NCBI RefSeq assembly: GCF_018977255.1
Contig: NW_024704742.1
Location: 108,936,001-109,000,000 of the forward strand
Reading direction: 5' to 3'
From: Callorhinchus milii
Taxonomy: Eukaryota
Length of the DNA: 64,000 nt
Within the stretch, counting starts at the first letter, position 1. Each line of letters begins with the position of its first letter. The position numbers were made by a program, and so were the translations under genes. Of this stretch, positions 62,973 to 64,000 are shown one piece after another. Below the pieces are notes generated by a model. It saw nothing but the letters and a program-made list of their open reading frames with translations. It had not been told where the DNA came from and searched no databases.

Positions 62973-63690
62973 ATCCCGTACGCAACCTAAGCGTCAGGTT
63001 CGACCCCCAATTATCCTTCCTCCCCCAGATCCGGTCCCTCACCAGCACCGCTTTCTTTCACCTCCGACGCATTGCCCGTCTCCGCCAATACCTCTCCCCA
63101 AAAGCCACTGAAACCCTGGTCCATGCCTTTGTCACCTCTCAGCTGGACTACTCCAACGCCCACCTCGCCAGTTTCCCATTCACTACCATCCATAAAATCC
63201 AAATCATTCAATACTCTGCCGCCCGCATTCGCACCCGCACGAAACTCCGCTCCCCGATCACCCCAGTCCTTGCCAGACTGCACTGGCTGCCTATCCCAGA
63301 GAGGATCGATTTCAAGTTCCTCACCCTTGTATTCAAGTCCCTGCACTCCTCTGCACCCCCCTACCTCTCTGACCTCTCTCCTCCAAACAGTACCCGTTGC
63401 CTTCGTTCCTTCGGGTCTGGCCCCCTCCTCGTCCCCCGAGACCTCCGCTCCACCCTCGGCGGCCGTGGCTTCTGCCACTATGCCGCGAGGCCCTAGAACT
63501 GCCTTCCTCACTCCCTTCGTCTCGCTCCCTCCCTTCCCATCTTCAGGTCTCTGCTGAAGACCTTAATTTTTGACCGCGCCTTTGGTCACCTTCCTCCCCC
63601 TCCCCCTGGCTCGGTCCCGGGATCCGTTACAGTAAAGTGCTCTGAGACGCCATCCGGCGTGGAGGGCGCTATATAAATCCCAGTTGTTGT
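62973..63690 (+). mobile_element. L2 LINE 3' fragment with uninterrupted ~170-codon ORF2 remnant
   Basis: VRNL.V.FDPQLSF...AFFHLRRIARLR.YL...ETLVHAFVTSQLDYSNA...[21 protein letters not shown]. Confidence 0.93.
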
Positions 63691-64000
63691 AATCTGTAGT
63701 AAAATGGGAATGATGTGACTTCAGTGGTGATTCATTAAAACTGCTTCCAGCTTCCGATTTGTATTTTTTGATTATCTACCTCATTGTTGCTGTATGTTGC
63801 TGTAAATGACCCAGGCAAGTAAAAAAAAAACCTTTTTATAGAAAAAAATCATGATGGGCCACTAACATTTTCTAATGCTTCATGAAATTACGTTCTCTTT
63901 TGTTTATTTTTAGTTTATTTGTTTTTAATTCTTAATCCCATGTAAATTATGAATTGCATAGTAAGATGAAAAGGCTGACATTCAGCATTTCTTTTGATTC

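Noticed and set aside
61806..64000. ELL2 exons 11-12
   Set aside because: No matching ~45-nt exon found; the window ends in a pyrimidine-rich stretch, so they are probably just downstream

Overview
This is vertebrate genomic DNA, probably from a cartilaginous fish and possibly a holocephalan; that is an inference from recalled SINE/LINE families, not a database check. The whole window lies inside the + strand gene ELL2 (RNA polymerase II elongation factor, super elongation complex). Nine consecutive coding exons, equivalent to human exons 2-10, were read directly with AG/GT boundaries, compatible phases and no stops. Their sizes are 48, 122, 164, 260, 125, 88, 565, 67 and 172 nt; exon 1 and exons 11-12 lie outside the window. 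The introns are full of a young tRNA-Ala-derived SINE, older Deu-like SINEs, and L2 and CR1 LINE fragments, and nearly all ORF-track entries are by-products of these. I see no clear new multi-gene system. The most unusual observations are: (1) a ~410-bp palindromic element with Helitron-3'-like ends on both sides; (2) an unclassified poly(A)-anchored repeat family in 5 copies; (3) a 2.4-kb hAT element inflated by a CpG/G-rich minisatellite and nested retroposons; (4) a recursive-splice-like AG|GTAAG acceptor at exon 5; (5) covarying L2/SINE tail stem-loops; (6) a 24-bp inverted repeat in unique intronic sequence; (7) inverted near-identical SINE pairs bracketing exons.
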